Origin: an uncultured Opitutales bacterium
GTDB taxonomy: Bacteria; Verrucomicrobiota; Verrucomicrobiia; Opitutales; UBA9783
Direction: 5' to 3'
Assembly: GCA_934691225.1 (NCBI GenBank)
Contig: CAKUSQ010000001.1
Coordinates: 660,001-692,000, forward strand
Length of the DNA: 32,000 nt
The translations under genes and the position numbers were made by a program. The notes under the pieces were generated by a model. That model did no database searches. It was not told the DNA's origin and saw only the letters and a program-made list of their open reading frames with translations. Below, in pieces: positions 23,966 to 32,000 of this stretch. Within the stretch, counting starts at the first letter, position 1; every line of letters begins with the position of its first letter.

Positions 23966-23999
23966 AGTGAATCTATATTAGATTCACTATAATTTTTTA
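23966..23999 (+). terminator. Rho-independent terminator
   Basis: Perfect 10-bp stem AGTGAATCTA (23966-23975) / TAGATTCACT (23979-23988) with a 3-nt loop, followed by ATAATTTTTT. Confidence 0.6.
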
Positions 24000-24045
24000 A
24001 ATTAAATAGTAACGAGCATAATTGATAGTTGAAAGAAAAGTATAA

Positions 24046-24300
24046 GTGTTTCTTATATATTGTTTAGACAGGCATGTATTAGCGGATAATGGTTCTCGAG
24101 TTGCATTTTATTGGGAAAATGAAAAAGGCAATTGTCGCATCATTACTTATAAGGATATGTACGATGAAGTTAATCGTTTAGCTAATTATTATAAATCTAT
24201 TGGCTTAAAAAAAGAGATCGTATCGCTATTTATATGCCTGGCTATGTTAGCGGTCGAGCAGATGAAATGGTATCATTAGCAGATAAAGTATCGATGAAAG
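24046..24300 (+). pseudogene. acs: Remnant of acetyl-CoA synthetase (AMP-forming), N-terminal ~85 codons only, frameshifted
   Basis: CLDRHVLADNGSRVAFYWENEKGNCRIITYKDMYDEVNRLANYYKSIGLKKE, then a frameshift to (R)IAIYMPG. This matches the conserved Acs N-terminal block (NCLDRH..NGD..AIIWEG....ITY.EL...V.RFAN.L...G.KKGD.VAIYMP). The remaining ~550 codons are absent. Confidence 0.7.
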
Positions 24301-24479
24301 TGGAATCTACGTTGTGTTTCAGTGGTATCTTTTATTGGTATACGAACTTTGACAATCAAAATAAAAAATGCAGTTTCTTTAACATCAAATATTTAAAGCC
24401 TGTAGCATTTTCAAAATTAATTATTTTTTCAGGAATTCACTGTGTTATGTGCTAATATCTATGGAACAGTTAAAGAGAT

Positions 24480-24929
24480 TCATGATAATAGATTACAGTA
24501 CTTCTTAGAAATAGTAGATGCAATCATTAACAGCACAATAGATACCCATAATTTGCTAGGATAAAATCTTAGTTTATAAGTAAGTGAAAAAACAGCACAA
24601 TACATTCCCATTATAAAAAGTGGGGAAGTACACGGTTGCTTAGCTATAAAAGCTGACAAAGATTTCCATAAATAAAACATCGTAAAATTGAAAGGAACAA
24701 GCAATAAAAGGTACAGCAAATAAAACGGAGCATTCTCAAAACAACAAAAAACAAGCCCAATAAAAGCATTAATAAAAGAAACAAAATTTACTGAAATACT
24801 TTTTTGTAGTATCAAATGAGGCCAAAATCTAAACCAATGAAATAAACAGAGTGCTAAGAACAAATATTTGTAAGAAACGTAAAAAAATAACAATAAAAAC
24901 AATAATAACGATGTAATTTTATTAAACAT
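24480..24929 (-). CDS. Hypothetical polytopic membrane protein
   Basis: 149 aa with 4-5 hydrophobic segments. Its ATG overlaps the end of the upstream oxidoreductase remnant. No family motif was recognised. Confidence 0.5.
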   Translation of the reverse strand: MFNKITSLLLFLLLFFYVSYKYLFLALCLFHWFRFWPHLILQKSISVNFVSFINAFIGLVFCCFENAPFYLLYLLLLVPFNFTMFYLWKSLSAFIAKQPCTSPLFIMGMYCAVFSLTYKLRFYPSKLWVSIVLLMIASTISKKYCNLLS

Positions 24930-25313
24930 AATCTACAAAATTATCTACTTTAAACATACCACCATCATTCAACGTTAAAACAAAGACATTGTGTATTTTC
25001 TTGTGTGTTTTTAACAATTTATATGAAAACTCACTAGATCTAAAACAAGCAATAGCAATTATGGTTGCCAGAGAAGTATGTCCGCCTAACAAATAGCCAA
25101 ATTGCTCCGTCGGTGAATAGCAAATACTTTCTTTTAAAATACCATCTCAGAGAATATATCAACACCATAAGTGTTGCTTACATTATCCAAAGCGTCTTGT
25201 CTGGTATCGTACAAATAAACAATCATCTCCTGTTTATTGCATTGATGGAAATAATTTAATGCTTTCAAGTAACGTTGACCTGCAAAACCTGCCCCGAATA
25301 ATGCTACTTCCAT
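24922..25313 (-). pseudogene. Remnant of a Gfo/Idh/MocA-type NAD(P)-dependent oxidoreductase, truncated and frameshifted
   Basis: An ATG at 25311-25313 overlaps the upstream stop (TAATG). It opens MEVALFGAGFAGQRYLKALNYF...IVYLYDTRQDALDNVSNTYGV, a Rossmann GxGxxG N-terminus, and stops after 59 codons. A second frame continues to 24922. Total length of about 130 codons compares with about 330 for the family. Confidence 0.5.
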
Positions 25314-25819
25314 TATAATTGCTCCAGTAAATTTTTATCTTCGTTTAATTGTGTTTTATTCACAAAAAAACTTGGGATTTGATTCATGAGATAGAAGTGA
25401 TACCGTCTAACGATACTATCCTTGGGATGTTGTTGAAGCAATTTATCAAATACTCGCAAGCTTTGTTCCATATAGACTAATTTTTGAGATAGATTAGGTT
25501 CAATATTAGATTTCAATGCTAAACAGTAAGCTTCACAAATAGAACGTTGCAAATCCGTGAGTTGCAAGTTTTTTATTTGTTTTTCTGTATAATTAAGTCC
25601 AATATAGCCGCCTTGTAGCGCATTGTTAGATAAAATTTTTAAAACTTCATCTAATGGTTCTACATTAGAAACATCTTGAAAATGCATTTCACCATTTGTT
25701 TTTTTTAAACGATTTACATTATGCGGATTGTTTTGCAAATAAAAAGCAACACCACATGCAACTATGAACAACACAAATATTATATTCCCGACTTTTAATA
25801 TAAACGTTTTATTGATCAT
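25313..25819 (-). CDS. Hypothetical protein with a single N-terminal TM anchor
   Basis: 168 aa. The anchor is VGNIIFVLFIVACGVAFYL and the rest is helical and soluble. It lies in an operon position between the FabZ-like gene and the oxidoreductase remnant. Confidence 0.55.
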   Translation of the reverse strand: MINKTFILKVGNIIFVLFIVACGVAFYLQNNPHNVNRLKKTNGEMHFQDVSNVEPLDEVLKILSNNALQGGYIGLNYTEKQIKNLQLTDLQRSICEAYCLALKSNIEPNLSQKLVYMEQSLRVFDKLLQQHPKDSIVRRYHFYLMNQIPSFFVNKTQLNEDKNLLEQL

Positions 25820-25825
25820 GTCGTT

Positions 25826-26251
25826 TTAGCGAAAGCTTATAATAATTTCTCCTCCTGCCACGAGTGTTTCGTTTTTATAAGCAGCGACTTTTGCTTTACA
25901 AAAATCTTCATATAAACCTAAACAAGTTGCTTCTGTTGTTAAAACAACACCTGGTTTAATCTTTTCAAAAAATTTTACATTACATTTTGCCATATATCCA
26001 AGGTCGGATTTAAGGACTTTTTCAGTTTTTGAATAAAGCATAATTCCAATCGTTTGTGCCATCATTTCTATTATTATATTACCTGGCAAAACCGGATTAT
26101 TAGGAAAATGCCCTTGAAAGAACCATTCGTTATAAGTAATCGCCTTAGATGCTTTTGCAAACTTTAAATAGTCACACGAGATGATCTTATCTATAAATAA
26201 AAATGGATATCTCTGAGGAAGACACTGAATAACATCTAAACTATCCATCAA
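25826..26251 (-). CDS. Hotdog-fold 3-hydroxyacyl-ACP dehydratase, FabZ-like
   Basis: 141 aa. Motifs are LPQRYPFLFIDKI and WFFQGHFPNNPVLPGNIIIEMMAQ, which include the catalytic His and Glu blocks of FabZ/FabA. Confidence 0.8.
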   Translation of the reverse strand: MMDSLDVIQCLPQRYPFLFIDKIISCDYLKFAKASKAITYNEWFFQGHFPNNPVLPGNIIIEMMAQTIGIMLYSKTEKVLKSDLGYMAKCNVKFFEKIKPGVVLTTEATCLGLYEDFCKAKVAAYKNETLVAGGEIIISFR

Positions 26252-26510
26252 TTTTATTATCTATCAAGTAATCTACAATATTATCTATCGTTCTCAACTT
26301 CCAATAATCTTCAATTTTAATGTGGAAAGTTTCTTCAATTTGTGAGACCAATTCCACAACATCTATGGACTCCAATCCTAATCCATCAGAAAATAATGAA
26401 ACGTCTGTTTTTATTTCATCTTTTCTAAAACCATCCGGGTCAATAATTTCCCGAACTATATTAGTAACAGCCTCTTTGTAATGCTGCTTTAATTCCAATT
26501 TATTCATCAT
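26241..26510 (-). CDS. Acyl carrier protein (phosphopantetheine attachment site)
   Basis: 89 aa and acidic. The motif DGLGLESIDVVELVSQIEETF is a (D/G)LG(L/F)(D/E)S-type Ser attachment motif. It overlaps the FabZ-like gene by 11 nt. Confidence 0.8.
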   Translation of the reverse strand: MMNKLELKQHYKEAVTNIVREIIDPDGFRKDEIKTDVSLFSDGLGLESIDVVELVSQIEETFHIKIEDYWKLRTIDNIVDYLIDNKIDG

Positions 26511-26696
26511 ATCTTAATAAAGAACAAAACAAACTTGCATCTTAAGTAAATCATATTAAAATAAATTGCAATACATTTTTAATATTTTGGCATAAATTTA
26601 CACTACCCCTTTTATTAATTTTCCTAAAGAATACTATAAATCTTGTAATTTTATTGTGTAAAAATATTTCCCAACAACCCAATAACGTTTTTAATC

Positions 26697-27961
26697 CTAA
26701 CTTTTAACAACTTTGCATTTCGGTTTGTAATTTGCTATACAATTGCGGGTGTCCACAATACATTTTGCATTTTTAGCAATCATTTCGTAGGGTACACTAT
26801 TATGCGATGTAAGCATCAAGCAAACATCATAGCTTTTTATCGTATTTTTAGACAAATTGATACATTTTTTACCTGTTAATTGTGAAAAATTACGAGTGTT
26901 TGGAATTTCAGGTACATAAGGATCATAATAGTCAAAATTTATCCCTAATTGTTGTAGTCTTTTAATGATAGGAAATGCTGGCGATTCTCTTAGGTCGCAA
27001 ATATTCGCCTTATAAGCCAAACCAAATACTAAAACACTGGAACCTTTGGCAGATTTTTATTGATCGTTTAACGCATTAACAACTTTTTCAACCACAAACT
27101 GATGCACTTTAAAATTGATTTCACCTGCAAGCTCAATGAATCGTGTATGCATTTCATATTCTTTTGCTTTCCAAGTTAAGTAAAATGGATCTACAGGGAT
27201 ACAATGTCCACCAATTCCAGGTCCTGGATAAAATGGCATAAATCCATAAGGTTTTGTTTTGGCGGCATCAATTACTTCCCAAACATCAATTGCCATGCGA
27301 TCACAAATCATCTTTAATTCGTTAATTGCAGAAATATTGATGGCTCTAAACGTGTTTTCCCAAATTTTTACCATTTCCGCAGTTGAACAAGTAGAAACAG
27401 GAACAAGTTGTTCTACAAATTTAGAATATAAAACCATTGCCTTGCTTTTACAAGCTTCTGTTACTCCACTAATAATTTTGGGAACATTATCAAAGTTCGA
27501 CAAAGGATTCCCTTGATCTTCACGTTCTGGAGAATATCCCAGGTAAAAATCAACACCAACTTTGCCGAAAGCTTTTTCCAAAACAGGTAACATTACTTCT
27601 ATTGTTGTTCCTGGATATGTCGTAGATTCAAGCATAACCAAAACACCTTTAGAAGCATTTTCAGCAATGGATTTTACACTCGATTCGATATAAGATAAAT
27701 CTGGCGTATGTTGTTTAGTTAGTGGTGTTGGTAAACAAATGATACCAGCTTCAGCTTCTTTTAGTATCGTAAAGGAAGAGGATAATTTTAACTTTCCAAC
27801 CTCTATACAATTAGGAAAGTTGGAAACATCCAGTATGGAAATTTTATTGATACCTTTAGATAAATCTTCAATTCGATCCCTATCGCAGTCAATCCCTTTT
27901 CCAAGCAACGCTTCAATAAAGAACAACCGACATAGCCTAATCCTATAACTGCTACGTTCAT
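26697..27961 (-). pseudogene. Nucleotide-sugar dehydrogenase (UDP-glucose/GDP-mannose dehydrogenase family, WecC/TviB-like), disrupted by one frameshift and one in-frame TAA
   Basis: The ATG at 27959-27961 gives MNVAVIGLGYVG (Rossmann) in one frame. The frame shifts near 27870-27880 to ...RIEDLSKGINKI...ICLPTPL...LESTTYPGTT...YSPERE...GGHCIPVDP (catalytic Cys). TAA at 27057-27059 is in frame with the C-terminal domain ...SSVLVFGLAYKANICDLRESPA...YYDPY. Confidence 0.8.
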
Positions 27962-29294
27962 TTCTAAAATGTTACGTTTAAGATCTGTACTTTTTATCCT
28001 TTAAATCAAAATACATCCCAAACAAAAAACTTATATCTGTACCATAAGTATATGCACTTTTTTCTTAAAGCAAGAAAAATTTTCATTAGCGACAATTTTA
28101 AAAAATGTAACATCATGAAACCGTTAGGATAATTTGAAACAAAAACCAACAAAACCACCCCACCAAAGTGTAAAATAATTGGGCTTGGATCGGGGCTTTT
28201 AATAGAGTACCCCTACCATCAAATTGGATTTTGTAATTATTGCGTAAGCGAATTGTGGAGTTTACAGAAATATAATACGATAAAGGAACCTGGAATTAAG
28301 ATTTGCCTTCAAGGTTTTTTTGACCTTCGTTGGGCAGTAAATTTAAGGAAATTAGATTACTGTTACAGAAATATAAATATCACCAATAATATTACTATTG
28401 CTTTTTCGATTTCCTTAAATTTCTGGTTCGTTTTCAGCTAGCGCATTAAAATTTAAATTCAGCCCTATTACGATTAACAATAATTTCTTAAAATTCATAA
28501 ACATAATATATATCTTTTCATAGCTCAAACGGATTAAATTACCTGTCTGAGTCAAGATTAATTATAAAAAAATTCACAAAAAAGTAAATATCTTTTTGAA
28601 AAATAGCAAAAATTTTATTTGACGGATGTTTTTTAAATTAAAAAATCTGCCGGAATACGAAAAAATTACAGAAACCTTCTAAAAATTTTGCTAACCAAAT
28701 TTAATTTACCAAAAGAAGCCAAAACTCATCTAGCCAAAGCCCTGAAGAGCATAACATGCTCAGGTTTCTTTCGATATAATGCACTAACAAACATCGATCA
28801 CTATTTTATCACACAAAATTGCTTGCATTTGGTCTTTTGGCCTCAAGTTCTCAAAAATTTCCAACCTAAGCATTTCGTAATCCAGCGATTCTTCATTTGA
28901 AATGTTCTTCAAGCAGTTTTTTGTGAAAATCTCATGCTTTGTGGCATTTAAAGCCGATTTAGCTTTTCCTAATTCTGTCTGCAGCTTCGTTGATAACTAC
29001 GTATTTTTCCGATTTGCCGATAATTTTTGTAATGATAATGTTACTATACCTGTTATTATCGGAGAAAAGAAGAGAAAATGAAAAAAATATTCGAGGTTTT
29101 TAGCAATTTATGAGCCAATCGAATACATTGATTTGCTTAATGCCGTCGTAATTGAATGTGCCATAGTTGCGTGTTAGAAAGAATTTGGGATAATGATCCA
29201 AAATGTTATTTAAAGGAGCCAATTTTGGCAGTAAAGGAGAAGTTTAACTGTTTTTTGATAAATTTCTTTACAAAAATATTATATTAGTTTACTG

Positions 29295-30437
29295 ATGTTT
29301 TTTAATATTGATATTATGAATATTCCATATTTTCGTTATGATTTTTTATACAACGAATTTAAAGAAGATGTAGATGCAGCTCTTCAAAATGTCTTAAATA
29401 GAGGCACATTTATCATGCAGCAAGAGCTCAAAGATTTTGAACAAGCAATGGCAAAATTTACAGGGGTGAAATATGCCATAGGAGTTGGAAATGGAACTGA
29501 TAGCCTTATTCTAATGATGAAAGCCTGCGGCATCAAGGTTGGGGATGAAGTCATTATGTCCTCGCATACCTTTATTGCAACTGCTACTGCTGCCGGTTGG
29601 TTAGGTGCAGTTCCTGTTTTGGTAGATTGTGGTGATGATCATTTGATGAATGTCGATAAGGTAGAAGCTGCGATAACATCAAAGACAAAAGCCATTATGC
29701 CAACCCAATTAAATGGGCGTACTTGCGAAATGGATAAATTGCAAAAAATCGCTGATAAACATGGTTTGATTATTTTAGAAGATGCAGCTCAAGCATTAGG
29801 TTCGAAATATTTGGACCGTTGTGCAGGTACATGGGGAAAAGCAGGTTCTATTAGCTTTTATCCAGCAAAAGTTTTAGGATGTTTCGGTGATGGTGGAATT
29901 GTTTTAACAGACGATGATAAAATCGCTCATGATATTTTTTGTATGCGCAACCATGGCCGTGATCCAGAAACAAACCAAGTTTGTATGTGGGGTATTGGTA
30001 CGCGTTTAGATAACTTACAAGCTGCTGTTCTATTAGCCAAATTTAAACATTACGAAAAAACGATGCAACGTCGTCGCGAAATTGCCCAACGGTATTGTGA
30101 TCAATTATCAAAAATTTCTGAAATTACGCTTCCTCCAGCACCTAGTGATCACGATAAAAAACACTATGACGTTTGCCAAAACTTTGAAGTTGAAGCAGAA
30201 AATCGTGATGCTTTGCGTAATTATTTAAAAGAAAATGGCATAGGAACAATTATTCAGTGGGGTGGTAGAGCATTGCATCAAATTACAGAATTAAAGGATA
30301 ACATGCGTTTCGATATAAATAATCTACAACGTACCGAATTACTATTCAAACGTTGCTTTATGCTTCCTTTAAACACTTCGGTTACGGATGATGAGGTAGA
30401 TTATATTTGTGAAAAGATTGAAAAATTTTATAGGTAA
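29295..30437 (+). CDS. DegT/DnrJ/EryC1/StrS-family PLP-dependent sugar aminotransferase
   Basis: 380 aa. Motifs are GVGNGTDSL, DEVIMSSHTFIATA, LEDAAQALGS and SFYPAKVLGCFGDGG (PLP Lys). The likely true start is the ATG at 29316 (MNIPYF...). Confidence 0.9.
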   Translation: MFFNIDIMNIPYFRYDFLYNEFKEDVDAALQNVLNRGTFIMQQELKDFEQAMAKFTGVKYAIGVGNGTDSLILMMKACGIKVGDEVIMSSHTFIATATAAGWLGAVPVLVDCGDDHLMNVDKVEAAITSKTKAIMPTQLNGRTCEMDKLQKIADKHGLIILEDAAQALGSKYLDRCAGTWGKAGSISFYPAKVLGCFGDGGIVLTDDDKIAHDIFCMRNHGRDPETNQVCMWGIGTRLDNLQAAVLLAKFKHYEKTMQRRREIAQRYCDQLSKISEITLPPAPSDHDKKHYDVCQNFEVEAENRDALRNYLKENGIGTIIQWGGRALHQITELKDNMRFDINNLQRTELLFKRCFMLPLNTSVTDDEVDYICEKIEKFYR

Positions 30438-30442
30438 TTGGT

Positions 30443-31219
30443 ATGCCATGTAGTAATTCGGAGTTAACTAAATCTATTGAAAAAGACTGGTATGCGCAAA
30501 AAGCCAACATTCGTAGGAAGTATATCAGTTGGGTAGATTTTTGTCCTGATTATCTGAAATCTCCATATAAAAAATATATAGGATATTTTCGACAATTTGC
30601 AGATAAAGCTCCACGTATTTTAGAGCTTTGTTGTGGGATGGGAGAATTTTCTTTCGATATCGAGCGTTTAAGCAATGGAGATGTTTTTTGTTTAGATATT
30701 TCAAAAGAAAGCATCGATATTTGCAATCATCATCTTAAAGAGTTAGGCAGACGTAATTTACGATTTGAAACAGCAGATGTAGAATCTATTGAATTGCCCG
30801 AACACGAATTTGATGTTATCTGTATGTCGGGCAGTTTATCATATCTAAATTTGGATGTCTTTTTGGCTAACATAAAAAAATGGTTGAAACCTGATGGATG
30901 CCTCATAGTCGTTGATACCTATGGATATTCGCCTTTTTTTAATTTAAAACGAAAGTTAAATTATTTGTTTGGGAAAACAACGAAACAGACGGTTTTAGGC
31001 ATTCCCAAAAAAGAAACGATAGATGCAATAAAGAATTGTTTTGAATATTCTGAGATAAATTTTTATGGAGTGTTTGCATTTATAGGACCATTCCTTCGAT
31101 ATGTAGTCGGAGATAAAATGACAACGAAAATTGTTGATTTTTTGGATAAAACCTTCCCTAACTTGAGTAAGTATGCATTTAAATTTGTATTTAAGGGAGA
31201 TATTATAAAAAATGATTGA
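30443..31219 (+). CDS. Class I SAM-dependent methyltransferase
   Basis: 258 aa. Motif I is RILELCCGMGEFS, the post-I acidic residue is in FCLDIS, and motifs II/III are FDVICMSGSLSYL and LKPDGCLIVVD. Confidence 0.8.
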   Translation: MPCSNSELTKSIEKDWYAQKANIRRKYISWVDFCPDYLKSPYKKYIGYFRQFADKAPRILELCCGMGEFSFDIERLSNGDVFCLDISKESIDICNHHLKELGRRNLRFETADVESIELPEHEFDVICMSGSLSYLNLDVFLANIKKWLKPDGCLIVVDTYGYSPFFNLKRKLNYLFGKTTKQTVLGIPKKETIDAIKNCFEYSEINFYGVFAFIGPFLRYVVGDKMTTKIVDFLDKTFPNLSKYAFKFVFKGDIIKND

Positions 31220-31970
31220 AAAAATTAAAAATTTAGAAGGAGGTTTGAGGACTCCTGCTGAGGCCGATGAAGGTCGTAGAGTAAAAGAATGTTTTGATAA
31301 AAATTGTTGTTCTTGGGAGAAAAAAATGGAAAATTTCCCCAAATATGTGCGACGACAAAATCTGACACGATTTTTAGCCTTATACGAATTATTTAAAAAA
31401 ATTCTTCCATTAAAAGGGTCTATCGTTTAATGTGGCGTGTTTCAAGGTTTTGGGATAATGTCATGGCTTAAATTTTCGGCTATTTTGGAACCTGTAAACT
31501 TGACACGTCGAATTTATGGTTTTGATTCGTTTTCTGGTTTTCCATCAGTTTCAGAAGCTGATAAGACTGTTGTTTCTAACCAGGTAGCAGAAGGTGGTTT
31601 ATACGCTAACAGTAAAGAAGAATTGGAAGAATTAATTTCTATTACCGACAAAACAAGGTTTTTGGGGCATGTCAATAAAGTAGAATTAATCCAAGGTGAT
31701 GCCTGTAAATCTATTCCTGATTTTATGAATAAAAAGAAACACCTCTTAATAAGTTTATTATTCATGGATTTTGATTTATATGAACCAACTAAAATTGCTC
31801 TTGAAAATTTTTTACCACGTATGCCGAAAGGTTCAATTTTAGCATTTGATGAATTAGATAATCCATTATGGCCCGGTGAAACACTTGCAATGATTGAAAA
31901 GTTTTCTAATAAGATTCCTAAAATTCAAAGGTTTGATTTTGATCCTTACATAGGTTATATTGAAATTTAG
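31212..31970 (+). pseudogene. TylF/MycF (macrocin-O-methyltransferase) family methyltransferase interrupted by a single in-frame TAA
   Basis: ORFs 31212-31430 and 31437-31970 are in the same frame. The junction reads LKGSIV-TAA-CGVFQGFG. The family SAM-binding motif there is G.ivE.GV..G, so TAA replaces the conserved Glu (GAA). Downstream motifs are YGFDSFSGFP, LLFMDFDLYEPT and AFDE. Confidence 0.75.
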
Positions 31971-32000
31971 AATATGAAAAGTGACCCCAAAACTTTAGCA

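Noticed and set aside
24234-24455. Track ORF 24234-24455 (+) as an independent gene
   Set aside because: Its first residues (MPG...) continue the acs remnant after a frameshift. The rest has no Acs similarity and no other motif.
25065-25259. Track ORF 25065-25259 (+)
   Set aside because: It is antisense to the Gfo/Idh/MocA-like remnant, whose Rossmann N-terminus is recognisable on the - strand.
27259-27948. Track ORFs 27259-27516 (+) and 27739-27948 (+)
   Set aside because: They are antisense to the nucleotide-sugar dehydrogenase pseudogene.
28253-28900. Track ORFs 28253-28441 (+) and 28688-28900 (+)
   Set aside because: They have no motifs or RBS and lie in the degraded gap. The - strand carries more gene-like, though broken, signal.
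21600-31430. Alternative genetic code or stop-codon reassignment as an explanation for in-frame TGA and TAA codons in conserved genes
   Set aside because: All the well-supported intact genes in the window terminate normally on TAA, TAG or TGA at the expected lengths. The affected genes often carry frameshifts as well. Pseudogenisation is the simpler explanation.
30995-31765. Track ORFs 30995-31342 (-) and 31514-31765 (-)
   Set aside because: They are antisense to the two methyltransferase genes.
31974-32000. ATG at 31974 opening a new + strand ORF (MKSDPKTLA...) at the window edge
   Set aside because: Only 9 codons are visible, which is too little to support a call.
1-32000. Search for CRISPR arrays, IS or transposase genes, integrases, long direct or inverted repeats, and rRNA
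   Set aside because: Reading the sequence and the ORF track by eye showed no periodic repeat-spacer structure, no transposase or integrase-like ORF and no rRNA-like segment. The scan was not exhaustive computationally.

Overview
The window is AT-rich, bacterial and densely coding. A CesT-type type III secretion chaperone, a UhpC-type hexose-phosphate antiporter and paired large M16 peptidases suggest an obligate-intracellular, Chlamydiae-like genome; this is inference, and no search could be run.

Left half, about 1-15.9 kb, is intact housekeeping and envelope genes:
- T3SS chaperone, uhpC, prepilin peptidase and a DUF486 membrane protein.
- tRNA-Ala(GGC) and tRNA-Leu(CAG), both with encoded CCA, then infA and a short tRNA nucleotidyltransferase.
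- gmhA, trxA, rpiB and two M16 peptidases.
- A secreted WP-repeat protein translationally coupled to mlaE, mlaF and mlaD.

The most interesting region follows mlaD with no real gap. It reproduces the domain content and gene order of the Campylobacter jejuni cytidine-diphosphoramidate (O-methyl phosphoramidate) genes Cj1418, Cj1417 and Cj1416. The kinase-like gene lacks its ATP-grasp half and no Cj1415-type kinase is present. A membrane-anchored alkaline-phosphatase-superfamily transferase and an SGNH-like protein come next.

From about 21 kb onward the window is a decaying glycan and envelope accessory region:
- Pseudogenes of a DUF1343/NamZ gene, acs, a Gfo/Idh/MocA oxidoreductase, a nucleotide-sugar dehydrogenase and a TylF-type methyltransferase.
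- Intact genes between them: an ACP plus FabZ-like pair, a DegT aminotransferase, a SAM methyltransferase and a divergent pair of secreted orphan proteins.

No CRISPR array, rRNA, transposase or integrase was recognised. All family calls rest on motifs read by eye from the translations.
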